NCBI GenBank assembly: GCA_030390025.1
Contig: CM059432.1
Coordinates: forward strand, 118,050,001-118,114,000
Reading direction: 5' to 3'
Source of the DNA: Squalus acanthias
Taxonomy: Eukaryota
DNA: 64,000 bases
Positions 34,040-46,387 of the stretch are shown here, piece by piece. Both the position numbers and the translations under genes were made by a program. Positions within the stretch are counted from its first letter, which is position 1, and each line of letters begins with the position of its first letter. The notes under the pieces were generated by a model, which did not search any database, was not told the DNA's origin, and saw only the letters and a list, made by a program, of their open reading frames with translations.

Positions 34040-34680
34040 CTCACTCTCTGTCCTGTGGCAGTTTGTTCTGAGTCTCCTCACTCTCTGTCCTGTGGCAGTT
34101 TGTTCTGAGTCTCCTCACTCTCTGTCCTGTGGCAGTTTGTTCTGAGTCTCCTCACTCTGTCCTGTGGCAGTTTGTTCTGAGTCTCCTCACTCTCTGTCCT
34201 GTGGCAGTTTGTTCTGAGTCTCCTCACTCTGTCCTGTGGCAGTTTGTTCTGAGTCTCCTCACTCTCTGTCCTGTGGCAGTTTGTTCTGAGTCTCCTCACT
34301 CTGTCCTGTGACAGTTTGTTCTGAGTCTCCTCACTCTCTGTCCTGTGGCAGTTTGTTCTGAGTCTCCTCACTCTCTGTCCTGTGGCAGTTTGTTCTGAGT
34401 CTCCTCACTCTCTGTCCTGTGACAGTTTGTTCTGAGTCTCCTCACTCTCTGTCCTGTGGCAGTTTGTTCTGAGTCTCCTCACTCTCTGTCCTGTGGCAGT
34501 TTGTTCTGAGTCTCCTCACTCTGTCCTGTGACAGTTTGTTCTGAGTCTCCTCACTCTGTCCTGTGGCAGTTTGTTCTGAGTCTCCTCACTCTGTCCTGTG
34601 GCAGTTTGTTCTGAGTCTCCTCACTCTCTGTCCTGTGGCAGTTTGTTCTGAGTCTCCTCACTCTGTCCTGTGGCAGTTTG
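34040..34680. repeat. Tandem array of 35/37-bp units, 17 full copies plus one partial, at the CR1 5' end
   Basis: Unit CTCACTCT(CT)GTCCTGTG[G/A]CAGTTTGTTCTGAGTCTC, head-to-tail with no spacers. Confidence 0.97.
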
Positions 34681-35329
34681 ATCATGTTGATCTGTCATCA
34701 TGATCTCTGTGATTGTGATGTCCCTGGCGATCGTGTTTACCGGCAGCGCCACCGGCAAGACGAATATGGTGTGCGGCGCTGGAACCACCATCAGCTAGTG
34801 GTAGAGCGCTGAACGGCATTTTAATGCCATCTCATGGTGCTAACGTGTGGCACTAGACATACAAATTTCTCCCCCAAAGCATTTTAACGTCTCTCTACAC
34901 GGTAATATACAGCAAAAATTAAAGTGGTGCTAAATTTATTACCTCCTTGTGTTATTATGCTTTTCTAGTGGTACTCCTACACATGGCTATTGTCAGGTCC
35001 ACTGTATTAGTGGTGAACACATTTGTTTGAAATTGCTCTGTCCATTAGTTGAATGAAGATGTTAAACTATTTAAAATAATTGGATTAGTGGCATCATGAA
35101 AATAGCAGACAAAGGAAGTTCCTGGTAATATATTGTGCCCTTTACTGATATCACACAGCACGATTTCAACCACTCGAGCTGCATAGCCCTAAAAGCATTG
35201 CCATCAAAGTGAAACAATTTGAATTCCCAATCATTGTGTAAGCTCCTGCCTCTCAGATGAAACCATTCTACTTCTTACTTATATGACAAACTAGCAAGTT
35301 ACAATTTGAATTTGGATTTAATGGAAATG

Positions 35330-35742
35330 AAAGGACTTGCATTTATATAGCGCCTTTCATGACCTCAAGACATCCCAAACCACTTTACAGCCAATGAAGT
35401 ACTTTTGAAGTGTAGTCACTGTTGTAATGTAGAGAACCACAGCAGCCAATTTGCACACAGCAAACTCCCACAAACAGCAATGAGGTAATGACCAGATAAT
35501 CTTTTTTTTTAGTGACATTGGTGGAGGGATAGACTCCCCTGCACTCCTTCTTTTACATTCATCTGAGAGAGCAGATGGGACCTCAGTTTAATGTTTCTTC
35601 CAAAAGACGGCACCTATGACAGTGCAGCTCTCCCTTAGTACTGCCGTGAAGTGTCAGCCTGGATTATGTGCTTTTGGAGTGGGGTTTGAACCCATGTCCT
35701 TCAGAATCAGAGGTGAGAGTGTTACCACTGAGCCAAGACTCT
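35330..35742 (-). mobile_element. tRNA-derived Deu-domain SINE (SacSINE1-like) with an L2-type tail
   Basis: Minus-strand A box TGGCTCAGTGG, B box GGTTCAAACC; tail GCGCTATATAAATGCAAGT. Confidence 0.8.
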
Positions 35743-35937
35743 CACTTTTAAAGGGCTCAGTCGTTAAAATTTCTAAATTTCTAATATTTCTTATGTACTT
35801 AACAAGGTGGGCAGTATTAATGCTGAGGAACAGAACATTCAACTTTTGGCAACTTGTGTCAGAATCAAGCATTCCCCTGGTCTATAGTATAGACAGTTGA
35901 TACAGCTTCTGCTACTGAGTCCCAATAATGTAACTTA

Positions 35938-36570
35938 GGGCTGGATTTTGATACTGGGGCGGGTTGGGGTCATGTTATCCACTTTTCGTGTTATCCACCC
36001 GACTGTAATTGGATGTGGGAGATTGATGCAATTTTCACCTAATTGGGCAATTGAGTTGCAGCATGTGGGAACCCATGACCCAATTAGTGTTTTTAGTCTG
36101 AAAGTTGTCTCTGATGATGTCATCATTGCTGCTGCATTGAAGGTCTGCAAAGACTGCCTGGCCTTTGCTGTGAGAGGACCTGGATGGAAAATGAGCAGCA
36201 GCCCTAAGTCTGCTCCCAGATATTACACCACCAGAGAGGAGAGAGAGAGAGAGATCCAGCTATCCAAATGTGCTCCCGCCAGGTTTCACAATCGTGCTTC
36301 AGAACAGGCGTGCTTCATGTACAACAAGGGTTAAAATCACAAAGGCCTTTCAAAATGGCATTATAGAGCCATTTTAGTGCTTGTTAAGGGCCTTAACAGC
36401 CTATCCCATCTCTTAAAGGCGGGACGCAGTCGGGACCAGCAGACACGATTTCATGAAAATTGCGTGGAGGCGGGATGGAGGCGGACTTGTGCCCGCCCGC
36501 CAGTTTTCGCAATTTTAACCCCCCCACACGCCTCCAAACCCGCCTCCACGGGTCAATGAAAATCCAGCCC
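35938..36570. mobile_element. Harbinger-type MITE
   Basis: TIRs GGGCTGGATTTT / AAAATCCAGCCC; TSD TTA on both sides. Confidence 0.88.
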
Positions 36571-36755
36571 TTAAACTCAGCATCAACGGCGAAGCAGAAT
36601 TATATTTTTATTTCCTACACCAGCCTTCTTTATTTCCTCTCTGAGAGAGGGTTCAAGTTTAGAGTGATCTCTGCTCAGTGATCAGTGGTTTTATAGTGTG
36701 GGTCTAAACTCATTTTATATCTGACCATTATAGACAACAGAGAAAGGAGACTTGG

Positions 36756-37398
36756 GAACATAGGAACAGGAGTAGGCCATTGAGCCCCTCGAGCCTGTTC
36801 CACCATTCAATGATATCATGGCTGATCTGTGACCGAACTTCATATACCCGCCTTTGGCAAATATCCATTAATATCTTTGGTTAACAAAAAGCTATCAATC
36901 TTAGATTTAAAATTAACAATTGATCTAGCATCAATTGTTGTTTGCGGAAGAGAGTTCCAAACTTTTACCATCCTTTGTGTGTAAAAGTGTTTCCTAATTT
37001 CACTCCTGAAAGGTCTGGCTCTAATTTTTAGACTATGCCCCCCAGTCCAAGACACCCCAACCAGCGGAAATAGTTTTTCTCTATTTACCCTATCTGTTCC
37101 CCTTAATATATCTTGAAAACTTTGATCAGAGCACCCCTTAACCTTCTAAATTCTAGAGAATACAACCCTAATTTGTGTAATCTCTCCTCATAACTTAACC
37201 CTTGAAGTCCGGGTATCATTCTGGTAAACCTACGCTGCACTCCCTCCAAGGCCAATATATCCTTCTTAAGGTGTGGTGCCCAGAACTGCTCACAGTACTC
37301 CAGGTGTGGTCTAACCAGGGCTTTGTACAGCTGCAGCATAACTTCTACCCCCTTGTATTCTAGTCCTCTAGATATAAACGCCAGCATTCCATTAGCTA
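36756..37398 (-). mobile_element. CR1 3' fragment
   Basis: NGMLAFISRGLEYK...LYSLEFRRLRG...; CR1 3' UTR. Confidence 0.9.
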
Positions 37399-37765
37399 TA
37401 TATATTCCATCACTCTGGGGTGGATTCCATCTCAGGTCTAGGATATGCAACAACAGTGTTCTAGCTCACTGGAATACCCAGCTCTCCCAGGGTTCAAGTT
37501 TTCCATCCTTCAAATCCAAAGGTTTTTTTTTAATAACTGATATGCCATATTCATAACAGTTATTGCCCACCATCTCAAAAGGTAAATTTTAGTTGCCACA
37601 ACATGGCACTGAAAATTGGCGTATTAGACCTCAGAAGTGGTAATAGAAGAGCTGATCCCTGATCAGTGCTCCCAGTGAGGAATGACACTCACAGAGTGTG
37701 CTGGTCAGGAAATCGCAGGCCCGCAGCCACTGATTTTCTGTTGATTCATTTAATTTTATTTAACA

Positions 37766-39795
37766 TTTGTCGCCACACAAGTGTCAGGCAAGGACTATCT
37801 CCAACAAGAGAGAGCATAACCACCTCCCCTTGACATACAATGGCATTACCATTGCCGAATCCCCCACCATCAATATCTTGGGGGTCACCATTGACCAGAA
37901 ACTCAACTGGACCAGCCACCTAAATGCCATGGCTACTAGAGCAGGTTGAAGGGATAATTACTAGTCCTAGCCCCTTTTGGGCTACCCCGGATCAGGCATA
38001 TTCCCCAGATGTTCACCTTCAACTAAAGTTAGAGGTAGTCGAATCCTAAAGATGCTTAATTGAGTCTAAAGGTCCAGACTATCTCCCTAAAGGAAAGGAA
38101 CAGCCTGAAGATGTTACCGTCCTCCAGATAGCACTTTTAATAAGTTTAGCTAGATTGTAACCTTCCGGATATTATGAGGGTCCGGAAAACTCCCCCAGAA
38201 TTCTGCAACTCCTCATCAAAGAGCATACAGAGATTGAGTTTGCGAGTTTGATGCAGAAGTACTATGTGAGACAATTCTAAAAATATATAGATTTATTAAA
38301 GAACCGACATGTAATTTACAGTTGGTGTTTCAATCACAACTTTAACAGTTCTAACTACAAAAGCTTTTACAATTCTATTATCAGAGATCCTTATTCTCAA
38401 ATCTTAACTTCGTTACATTTTTACAGTTCTTAGTTTTATTCCAGGATATCCACCAAAATCAAATATAAGTACCTTGATCCCCGAGACTCAAAGAGTTTAA
38501 GACTTACAGAGCTTGCCTCTGAAGCCTGGAAATCACTTTGCCCCTTTACAGCGAATCTGTCTTCCTATTTGAAAGTCCAATTTTTATACCCTTTCTCAGT
38601 GGTATTTCCTTTGAAGTTTTCTGTTGATGTAAGCTAATTATCTCTAGTCATTTTTCTGTTGACCCCTGTTATTCTTACAATTAGATCAGCTTGTAGCATG
38701 CAGACTCGTGTCTCTCCTTTAGGTGTTTCAAGTTCAACACAAAAACAATGTGACTGGTGGTGCCTCCCCCACTTGATGCCATTCTTACCAAGGTCTTCTG
38801 TTTGTATCTGTTGCATTTAGAACACCTCAACCAGTTGCACCATTGTCTTCTTAGTTACCTCAACTGGTTGCATTAAGAATTATGTCTCCTGTCTTTAATT
38901 TGATGTCATTTTTACGAAGGCATATGTTTCTTTAATTTTCTGTGTTTCATTTGAAAGTGTTGGTTTAAGACACTTTAACTGGGTATACCATTATGTTCCT
39001 TCCAAGGCTTCAGACTTCAGGAACCTCCAACCTCCTGTTCCAACAAGGCTATTGTTTCAGTGTCAACAACGTATCTTATCTCAAAAGCCTGTATGCTGCT
39101 TACAGCTTTAGATTGTTGAGGCTTCCAGATTTTCAAACCTAGTTTGTCATGTTTCAATAAAGTCAGAATTCTTTCATAGGATGGTGTATTTTTCTGAATA
39201 TGGCATATTCCTTCACAAGATCAGAGGCTGGGTATTCTATGGCGAGTGGCTCACCTTCTGATTTCCCAAAGCCTCTCTACCACCTATAAGACACAAGTCC
39301 TGTGTGTAATGGAATACTCTCCATTTGCCTGGATGGTAGAGCTCCAATAACACTCAACGAAGCTCAACACCATCCAGGACACAGCAATCTGCTTGATCGG
39401 TACCCCATCCATTGGCTTAATCATCTTCTCCCTCCACAATCAGCTTACCATGGATACAGTGTTCACTATCTATAGGATGCACTGCAGTAACTCACCAAGG
39501 CTTCCTCGACAGCACCTCCCAAACCCACGACCTCCACCACTTAGAAGGACAAGGGCAGCAGGTGTATGGGAACACCACCACCTCCAAGTTCCCTTCCAAG
39601 TCACACACCATCCTGACTTGGAAATATATCGCCTTTCCTTCATTATCACTGGGTCAAAATCCTGGAACTCAATCCCTAACAGCACTGTGGGAGTACCTTC
39701 ACCACACGGACTGCAGCGGTTCAAGAAGATGGCTCACCACCACCTTCTCAAGGGCAACTAGGGATGGACAATAAGTGCCCACCCCAAGAATGAAT
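37766..39795 (+). mobile_element. 3' part of a non-LTR retrotransposon (RTEX-like, tentative), split by the LTR at 37947-39217
   Basis: PHKCQARTISNKRE...ILGVTIDQKLNWTSH; resumes at QRLGIL...; ends ...FKKMAHHHLLKGN. Confidence 0.8.
37947..39217 (-). mobile_element. Solo LTR (1271 bp), ERV-like
   Basis: TG...CA ends with TGAAGG/CCTTCA inverted repeat; TSD AGGT/AGAT; minus-strand TATAAAA near 38588, GTAAGT donor near 38507, AATAAA near 38297. Confidence 0.82.
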
Positions 39796-40299
39796 TTTTA
39801 AAAATTGGATTGAAAATCAGTAGCTGTGGACCCACAACTTCCTGACCAGTGCTCCCAACAAACATTGCTTCTCACTGGGACCATCCATTTTCTGTATAAT
39901 GTATTAAATAATGTATGAACGTATGCGCAGTGCAGATGTGTCTGAACACAAAGCTACTACCAAGCATAATACATTTCAAACAATTGAGCATATGAACTCC
40001 ACTGTTTGTGGATTTTACAGAAAAATGGACAGTATGCAAGCCCCAAAAGCCTAATAAAAGTTTGGAATACCATGTAATAAAAGCAGAATTAGATTTGTTC
40101 TGTCACTGTAAAACAGTGGACAACTATGGGCAGTAGAAGTCCTGAGGCAGCCCTTACAAATGCTGTGTACAGGGATCCTCATCTCCCATCAGGTAAAGCT
40201 GTATAGCACTTTTGGAGGCATTTTCTTGCGGTTGCTTCTGAATTGTATTACTTAAATCATTTTGAAGTGCTTGCAGTTACTACTGTAGGTTCTGAACTG

Positions 40300-41150
40300 T
40301 TAAGGGACATGGCAGATTTATTTTGATGGGTGTCTATGAATCCCAAGAAGGAGGAGGAGGATTAGGAGGAGGTTTAGGAGGAAGGAGCAAACAGAGCTGC
40401 AGCTGTATGCAGAACAAATAGAAGTAGGAAGCCTTACAGGAATCATTACCCTCCCAACAATGTCCCTCGTAAGTTGCACTGTCTCCTGCGTGGCCTGGCT
40501 CCTCCAATGCGCAGCCCAACAGAGTTTATAGGCCCAGAACAACATAGCTGCAGTTATCTGAGGAGCAGTGCCTGAGAAGGTTTTGATTGGGCTCTGGACT
40601 TCCCACATATTGCAGGAGTCCTTCAACTCTAGGGTATCATTGCAGCCATGCTGCCCTGCAGGCTCCTTGACACACAATAAATGTATCCATGAATCGCATG
40701 GGATTCCACACGATTAATGGGCAAGTGGTGTGTGATCACCAGCGATACATCAGGCAGGTCTGTGCCCATTTTCTGGTAGCTGCCATGATACTTTTATATT
40801 GTCGCAATTCTCCATCACTTTACTCTTTGCCCCTGCACAACAAGTTAAAGGCTGGCTACTTGGGGACAACAGCTATTCCCTATACACTTGGCTCATGACT
40901 CCGCTTAAGGACCCAAGCTTGACTGTGGAACTCCCCTACAATCGGGTTCATGGGTGAGCTAAAGCCTCATGGAGCAGATCATTGCAGTCCAAAAATAATG
41001 ATTTATCCGATGCCAAGACAGGTTTGGTGGCTTCCTGCTATACAGCCCAGATACAGTGCCTTGTATGATTGTGGTTTGCTGTATGCTGCATGCCTTTTCT
41101 CTGCAATGGCAATATTACCTGGAGCCACCATTGGAGTAGCATCTTCAGCA
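40300..41150 (+). pseudogene. Decayed Harbinger transposase remnants
   Basis: NRMGFHTINGQVVCDHQ; GWLLGDNSYSL.TWLMTP (about 40850-40900). Confidence 0.7.
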
Positions 41151-41934
41151 TGATGAGGGAGAGGACACTGATGGCATAGAGGATGCTGAGGAAGCGGGAA
41201 CGATCCAACACTTGCCTGCAGCCACTGCTGTTTGGCAGCAACTCATTGAAGAGAACTTCATCTGAACAATCCGTACATCCTGCATTAACAGTCATGTCCA
41301 ACATACGTCCCAGCTCTTCCATCCTAAAATAAGCAGCATCTGTCCAAATCCCAAAATTGATATTCATGTGAACTGACATTGCAGGATCACCAGCTACTAC
41401 AGGAATACTCTTGCACAGAAAGATTTTAAACAACAGCGTGCTTTTACTGGCTTGTAGAAAGACCTACATACTATTTTTTACCCCCATGTGAGCCGCTAGG
41501 GCCAATCTGAAGAGCTAATTTACCTACTCTAGTGCTCCTATGAGGTCATCCCCCAGTGGGTCCAGCATGGAAGGTGAAAGACTGCTGTGGCTCATTCACG
41601 GACTCATGAGGTGCTCATAGTCAGCAACCTCTAGGTATTCAGGTATGAGAGGACCCAACTTCAGACTTCCAGGGCAATCTGGACCAACTCTCCTTCTGGT
41701 TCCAGGGCTGGCGTTGGTTCAGGGGTCACGGGGGCCCAGCCATGTTGTCATTATGAGAGATAGTGCCATGTTCCATTTCCATTGCATGACTGTCCCAGCT
41801 ACTGGGTTGCAGCTCAGCACAGATCTGTGGGAGAGCAGCCTCTACGAGATCTGTGATCCAACTGAAGACCCTATCCATCCAATCTCCCAGCCTCTCCAAG
41901 GCAGAGGAGGTGGTTGAGCCCAGAATCTGTATGC

Positions 41935-42752
41935 TGTTAGGGAATGGATGTACGTATTTATAAGTTGCTCAGGGCACTTCTCTACATATCAGAGAAGTTA
42001 GATTGTGATCCTTAAATCTCTGTTCTATGTAATATGCCAACCCTTTGTCCCTTCATCTGGGGTGTCAACTGTTAAGGAATAGATGTTCTTACGTATAAGT
42101 TTATAAGTAATTCCTCAAGATAAGATGGTTCAAAGGCATTTATTGGCAATCACAGGACTTAGGCATAGAGTGATAACTATTATTTGACAATAATTACACA
42201 ATAACTGCCCCACTTCCGGCCATACCTTCCGAATTCACCGGAGAATTCACATGTTCCAGTTCTCGAGCTCGAGGGGGGCTCATCGGCTGATCAGGCCTCA
42301 TCGAACTCTGAGATATTTCTCCTAACACCCACCTTTTCAACCTTTCTTTCACTCTGGCTGTGTGACAATTCACATGTTTCTGCATTACCTCATCCAATTA
42401 GCTGCAATAACTTCAGTTTTAACAAATCACTCCCCACACTTTATCATGGCTTCACCTTGACTGGGCTGTCTGTCGCTCAAATCATTCAACTGGAGACAGT
42501 TGACAACATTCATTATCAATGTTTTCGGAGGAGTTAGCAGGCTGAGCTATTGAAATTCTAACTTCTTGAATTGATGGTCAAACATGTCACTTATCTCCCA
42601 GCTGCAAGATCTATGGGCTGAAGCAGCCATCTCCTAACGGTTTATCTCTGCTGTATTGAATCAGACTGCCTGTTTTATGTCTGTGCAGTAACTTGCTAAC
42701 ACCTCAAGCTCTCTGACTGCAATTACTTTTAATTTAAACTGTCCTTCTAACA
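41935..42752 (-). mobile_element. Internally deleted LTR element: LTR 42752-42070, PBS, short leader, tip of a second LTR
   Basis: TGTTAG...TTAACA ends; PBS-like TGACACCCCAGATG 2 nt after the LTR; the LTR end sequence recurs at 41935-41970; no clear TSD. Confidence 0.6.
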
Positions 42753-42767
42753 GGAACTTAATTAACC

Positions 42768-43070
42768 CAAACCCGTGACCTCTACCACCTAGAAGGACAA
42801 GGACAGCAGGCGCATGGGAACACCACCACCTCCAAGTTCCACTCCAAGTCACACACCATCCTGACTTTGAAGTATATCGTCGATCCTTCATTATCATTGG
42901 GTCAAAATCCTGGAACCCCCTACCTAACAGCACTGTGGGAGTACCTTTACCACACGGACTGCAGCAGTTCAAGAAGGTGGCTCACCACTACCTTCTCGAG
43001 GGCAATTAGGGATGGGCAATAAATGCTGGTCTTGCCAACAATGCCACATCCCGTGAATGAATTAAAAAAA
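42768..43070 (+). mobile_element. RTEX-like LINE 3' fragment
   Basis: Closely similar to 39520-39795. Confidence 0.85.
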
Positions 43071-43379
43071 GGCAAAAGTTATAAACTAATATAAAGAATT
43101 AACCCTTTCCTTACAATGGCCCCAGTATCAACATCCCTGAGAGATGATATTACTGGTATCACAGGCTCCTGCGGGGGAAGCGGCTCAGCTGTAGAGGCCA
43201 TTGAGATAACCACCCAATACATGGTTGACTGCAGAATGTCAGTACTGTGTGTGAGAACGCTACACAAATTGGTAGTGGACTCCACCATACTATTCAACAT
43301 GTTCTGGAAACTCCCTGGCAGGCAGTGCAGTGTCTTCCCCAATTGCTGGTGCACAGAAATTATCTTTCTTTTAGAAGTA

Positions 43380-43705
43380 GAGGAGATGTTTACACTTGTG
43401 GGTGAGTCCAAAACTAGGGGCCATACATATAAGATAGTCACCAATAAATCCTATAAGGAATTCAGGAGAAACTTCATTAGTGGTTAGAATGTGGAACTTG
43501 CTAGCACATGGAGTGGTTGAAACAAGTAGCATAGATACATTTAAGGGGAAGCAAGATAAGTACATGAGGGAGAAAGGATTAGAAGGATATGCTGATAGGG
43601 TGAGGAAGTAAAGTGGGAGGAGGCTCGTGTGGAGCATAAACACCAGTATAGACCAGGTTAGCCTGAATGGCCTGTTTCTGTGCTATAAATTCTACATAAT
43701 TCTAT
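43380..43705 (+). mobile_element. CR1 3' fragment (same type as 1951-2260)
   Basis: MFTLVGESKTRGHTYKIVTNKS and the 3' UTR. Confidence 0.85.
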
Positions 43706-44499
43706 GTGAAGCCTGGGCCCCTGAAGTCTACATCTCTGTACTCTTCAACAGAGCTAGGACATGAACAGGCCTTCCCTTAGCTCTTTCCTTGACTTTCTTT
43801 GCCAACTAGCACCTGCTCCTGCTCACTTGTGCTTGGTGAATTCCCCAATGCAGTCCCGTTAAACTCACTATCTAAGTCACATGGGCCAGACAAACTGATG
43901 AGGATAACCATGAATATGATGCACCATCATTTGTTCTTCCCTTACAAAGCATCCGCACAGAAATTGGGAGCCCATGTGACTTAGATAGTGAGTGGGCACA
44001 TGAACAGCAGCGTGGTCAAAATAGATAGGGACACTTTGAAAGATTCAGAGGTCTGAGCAAAGAAAGAGGAATAAATACCAAATAAATACAGCAAATTGAC
44101 TGAATGGGAGGGAAATAAAGTGGCATCATGAATTTCCCTGGATTAGCGACTAAAGAAGAAAAGAATTAAAAAATTGTTAATGAGAAATCAGAAAAAGAAA
44201 CACTTCCATAATTGTGAAAATGTCTATCAGATACCTCCATTAACAATCTCTGTTCCATTAAGAAAAACAATTTTTCACGCCTTCATTAAGAATCATAAGT
44301 TCGAAGATGAAGTATCCTTCACTATAATTATTCCTAGCCCATATGCTGTAAGATTCCTCCGTTGCCCCTCCCTCTATGCTGATCTATTTGGACATTGATA
44401 CCAGTTTGGTCTGAAGCCCATCTTTTCTGCGCAACTTTCCCCTGCCCTCGCACTCATCCCAATGCCACAGGAATCTGAAATGTACCCCCCTACACCATA

Positions 44500-44900
44500 T
44501 GTCAAGTCACGTGTTGAATCTGCTTCTCCCGAACTGGCCTGCTGTATGGCACTAGGAGTAACCTTGATAACATCACCTGGAGGTCCTGCTTTTTAACCCA
44601 ACACCTAACTCTCAAACTCACTTTGCAAAATCTCCATCTTTCCTAGGCCAAAGGCTCCCATGTGAAGCATAATTTCCATCTGCTCACCCTAATTTCTTTT
44701 CCAGAATCTGCAGCAACTGGCCCAGTACATCCCTGACCCTGGCACCTGGGAAGCAGCTGATCATTTGGAACTCCTGATTATGGCTGAAGAAAAGGCAATC
44801 TATCCCGCTGAAAACATTTCCTATAACTACCTCTGGACTTTTCTTGACAATATCACTTCTTCCCCCTGAATAGACACTTGCTCCACGGTGCTGGGACAAT
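44500..44900 (-). mobile_element. Old CR1 ORF1 (esterase) fragment
   Basis: VVIGNVFSGID...CFPGARVRDV. Confidence 0.6.
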
Positions 44901-44931
44901 GCTTGTGATTTCCCTCTTCTTGGTTGCCATC

Positions 44932-46130
44932 CATAGAAACATAGAAGATAGGAGCAGGAGTAGGCCATTCGGCCCCTCGAGCCTGCTCCACCATTCGATG
45001 AGATCAGGGCTGATCATCCAAACTCAGTACCCTGTACCTGCCTTCTCCCCATATCCTTGATCCCTTTAGCTTTAAGAAATATATCTAACTCATTCTTGAA
45101 TATATTTAATGACTTGGCCTCAACTACCTTCTGTGGTAGGGAATTCCACAGGTTCACCACTCTCTGGGTGAAGAAATTCTTCCTCATTTCTGTCCTAAAT
45201 GGCTTACCCCTTATCCTTAGATTATGACCCCTGGTTCTGGACTCTCCGACCATCGGGAACATTCTTCCTGCATCTAGTTTGTCCAGACCTGTCAGAATTT
45301 TATATGTTTCGATGAGATCCCCTTTCATTCTTCTATACTCCAGCGAGTATAAGCCCAATCGACCCAATCTCTCCTCATATGTCATTCCTGCCATCCCAGG
45401 TATCAGCCTTGTGAATCTTCGCTGAACTCCTTCCATGGCAAGAACATCCTTCCTCAGATAAGGCGACCAAAACTGCACACAGTACTCAAGGTGTGGTCTC
45501 ACCAAGGCCCTGTACAACTGCAGCAGGACATCCCTGTTCCTATACTCAAACCCTTTCGCTATGAAGGCCAACATACCATTTGCCTTCTTCACCGCCTGCT
45601 GCACCTGCATGCTTACCTTCAGCGACTGGTGCACAAGGACACCCAGGTCTCGTTGCACTACCCCTTCTCCCAATCTATTGCCATTCAGATAATAGTCTGC
45701 CTTTCTGTTTTTGACACCAAAGTGGATAACCTCGCATTTATTCACGTTATATTGCATCTGCCACGCTTCTGCCCACTCACCCAACCTGTCCAAATCATCC
45801 TGGAGTTTCTCAGTATCCTCCTCGGAGCACACACGCCCACCCAGCTTTGTGTCATCTGCAAACTTGGAGATATTACATTTAGTTCCCTTATCCAGATCAT
45901 TAATGTATATTGTGAATAGCTGGGGTCCAAGGACCGAACCCTGCGGTACCCCACTAGTCACTGCCTGCCACTCGGAAAAAGACCCATTAATTCCTACTCT
46001 CTGCTTTCTGTCCGCCAACCAGTTCTCTATCCAAGTCAATACCTTGCCCCCCATCCCATGTGCCTTAACTTTACACGCTAATCTCTTATGCGGGACCTTA
46101 TCGAAAGCCTTTTGAAAGTCCAAATACACC
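44932..46130 (-). mobile_element. Young 5'-truncated CR1 (uninterrupted RT C-terminal half)
   Basis: ORF 45014..46156 with VYLDFQKAFD, QGSVLGP, FADD; CR1 3' UTR. Confidence 0.93.
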
Positions 46131-46387
46131 TCATCTGTTTTATAGGTATCCAACACTAAAACTTATCAGACCTCCAGGAATTACCTGCACTGCACCTACC
46201 TGAATTCTCCTTCACCCCTAGTAGATGCTCACCCACTTCCTTTCCTCTACCTCAGTATTCCTGCCTAGTCCCAGCATTGTGCACTGCAGGAACCCTTCCT
46301 CCTTCCGTATATTGCAGTGTGTCTCCAACTGTTTCCCTGTTCAGCTGAGCCCATCTATCGACACGTCTTGCATACATGGCTGCCATG

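Larger units (their letters stand above)
29576..34680 (-). mobile_element. Full-length CR1 LINE with intact ORF1 and ORF2
   Basis: 5' tandem array, ORF1, ORF2, 3' UTR and (TTCTTATG)n tail at 29576-29600. Confidence 0.96.
25711..34875. mobile_element. Full-length decayed autonomous Harbinger (Myb-like gene +, transposase -, convergent) containing PLE-end and CR1 insertions
   Basis: Termini TGGCTAGAAATT / AATTTCTCCCCC; TSD AAA (25708-25710, 34876-34878); both genes present. Confidence 0.8.

Noticed and set aside
34040..34680. CRISPR-like array of about 36-bp repeats, and the repetitive ORFs across it
   Set aside because: The units are head-to-tail with no unique spacers, there are no cas genes and the context is eukaryotic. 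The ORFs are by-products of the repeat.
35660..35742. tRNA gene (also about 20065-20150 and 47630-47693)
   Set aside because: These are SINE heads with A/B boxes attached to SINE bodies, without a complete cloverleaf.
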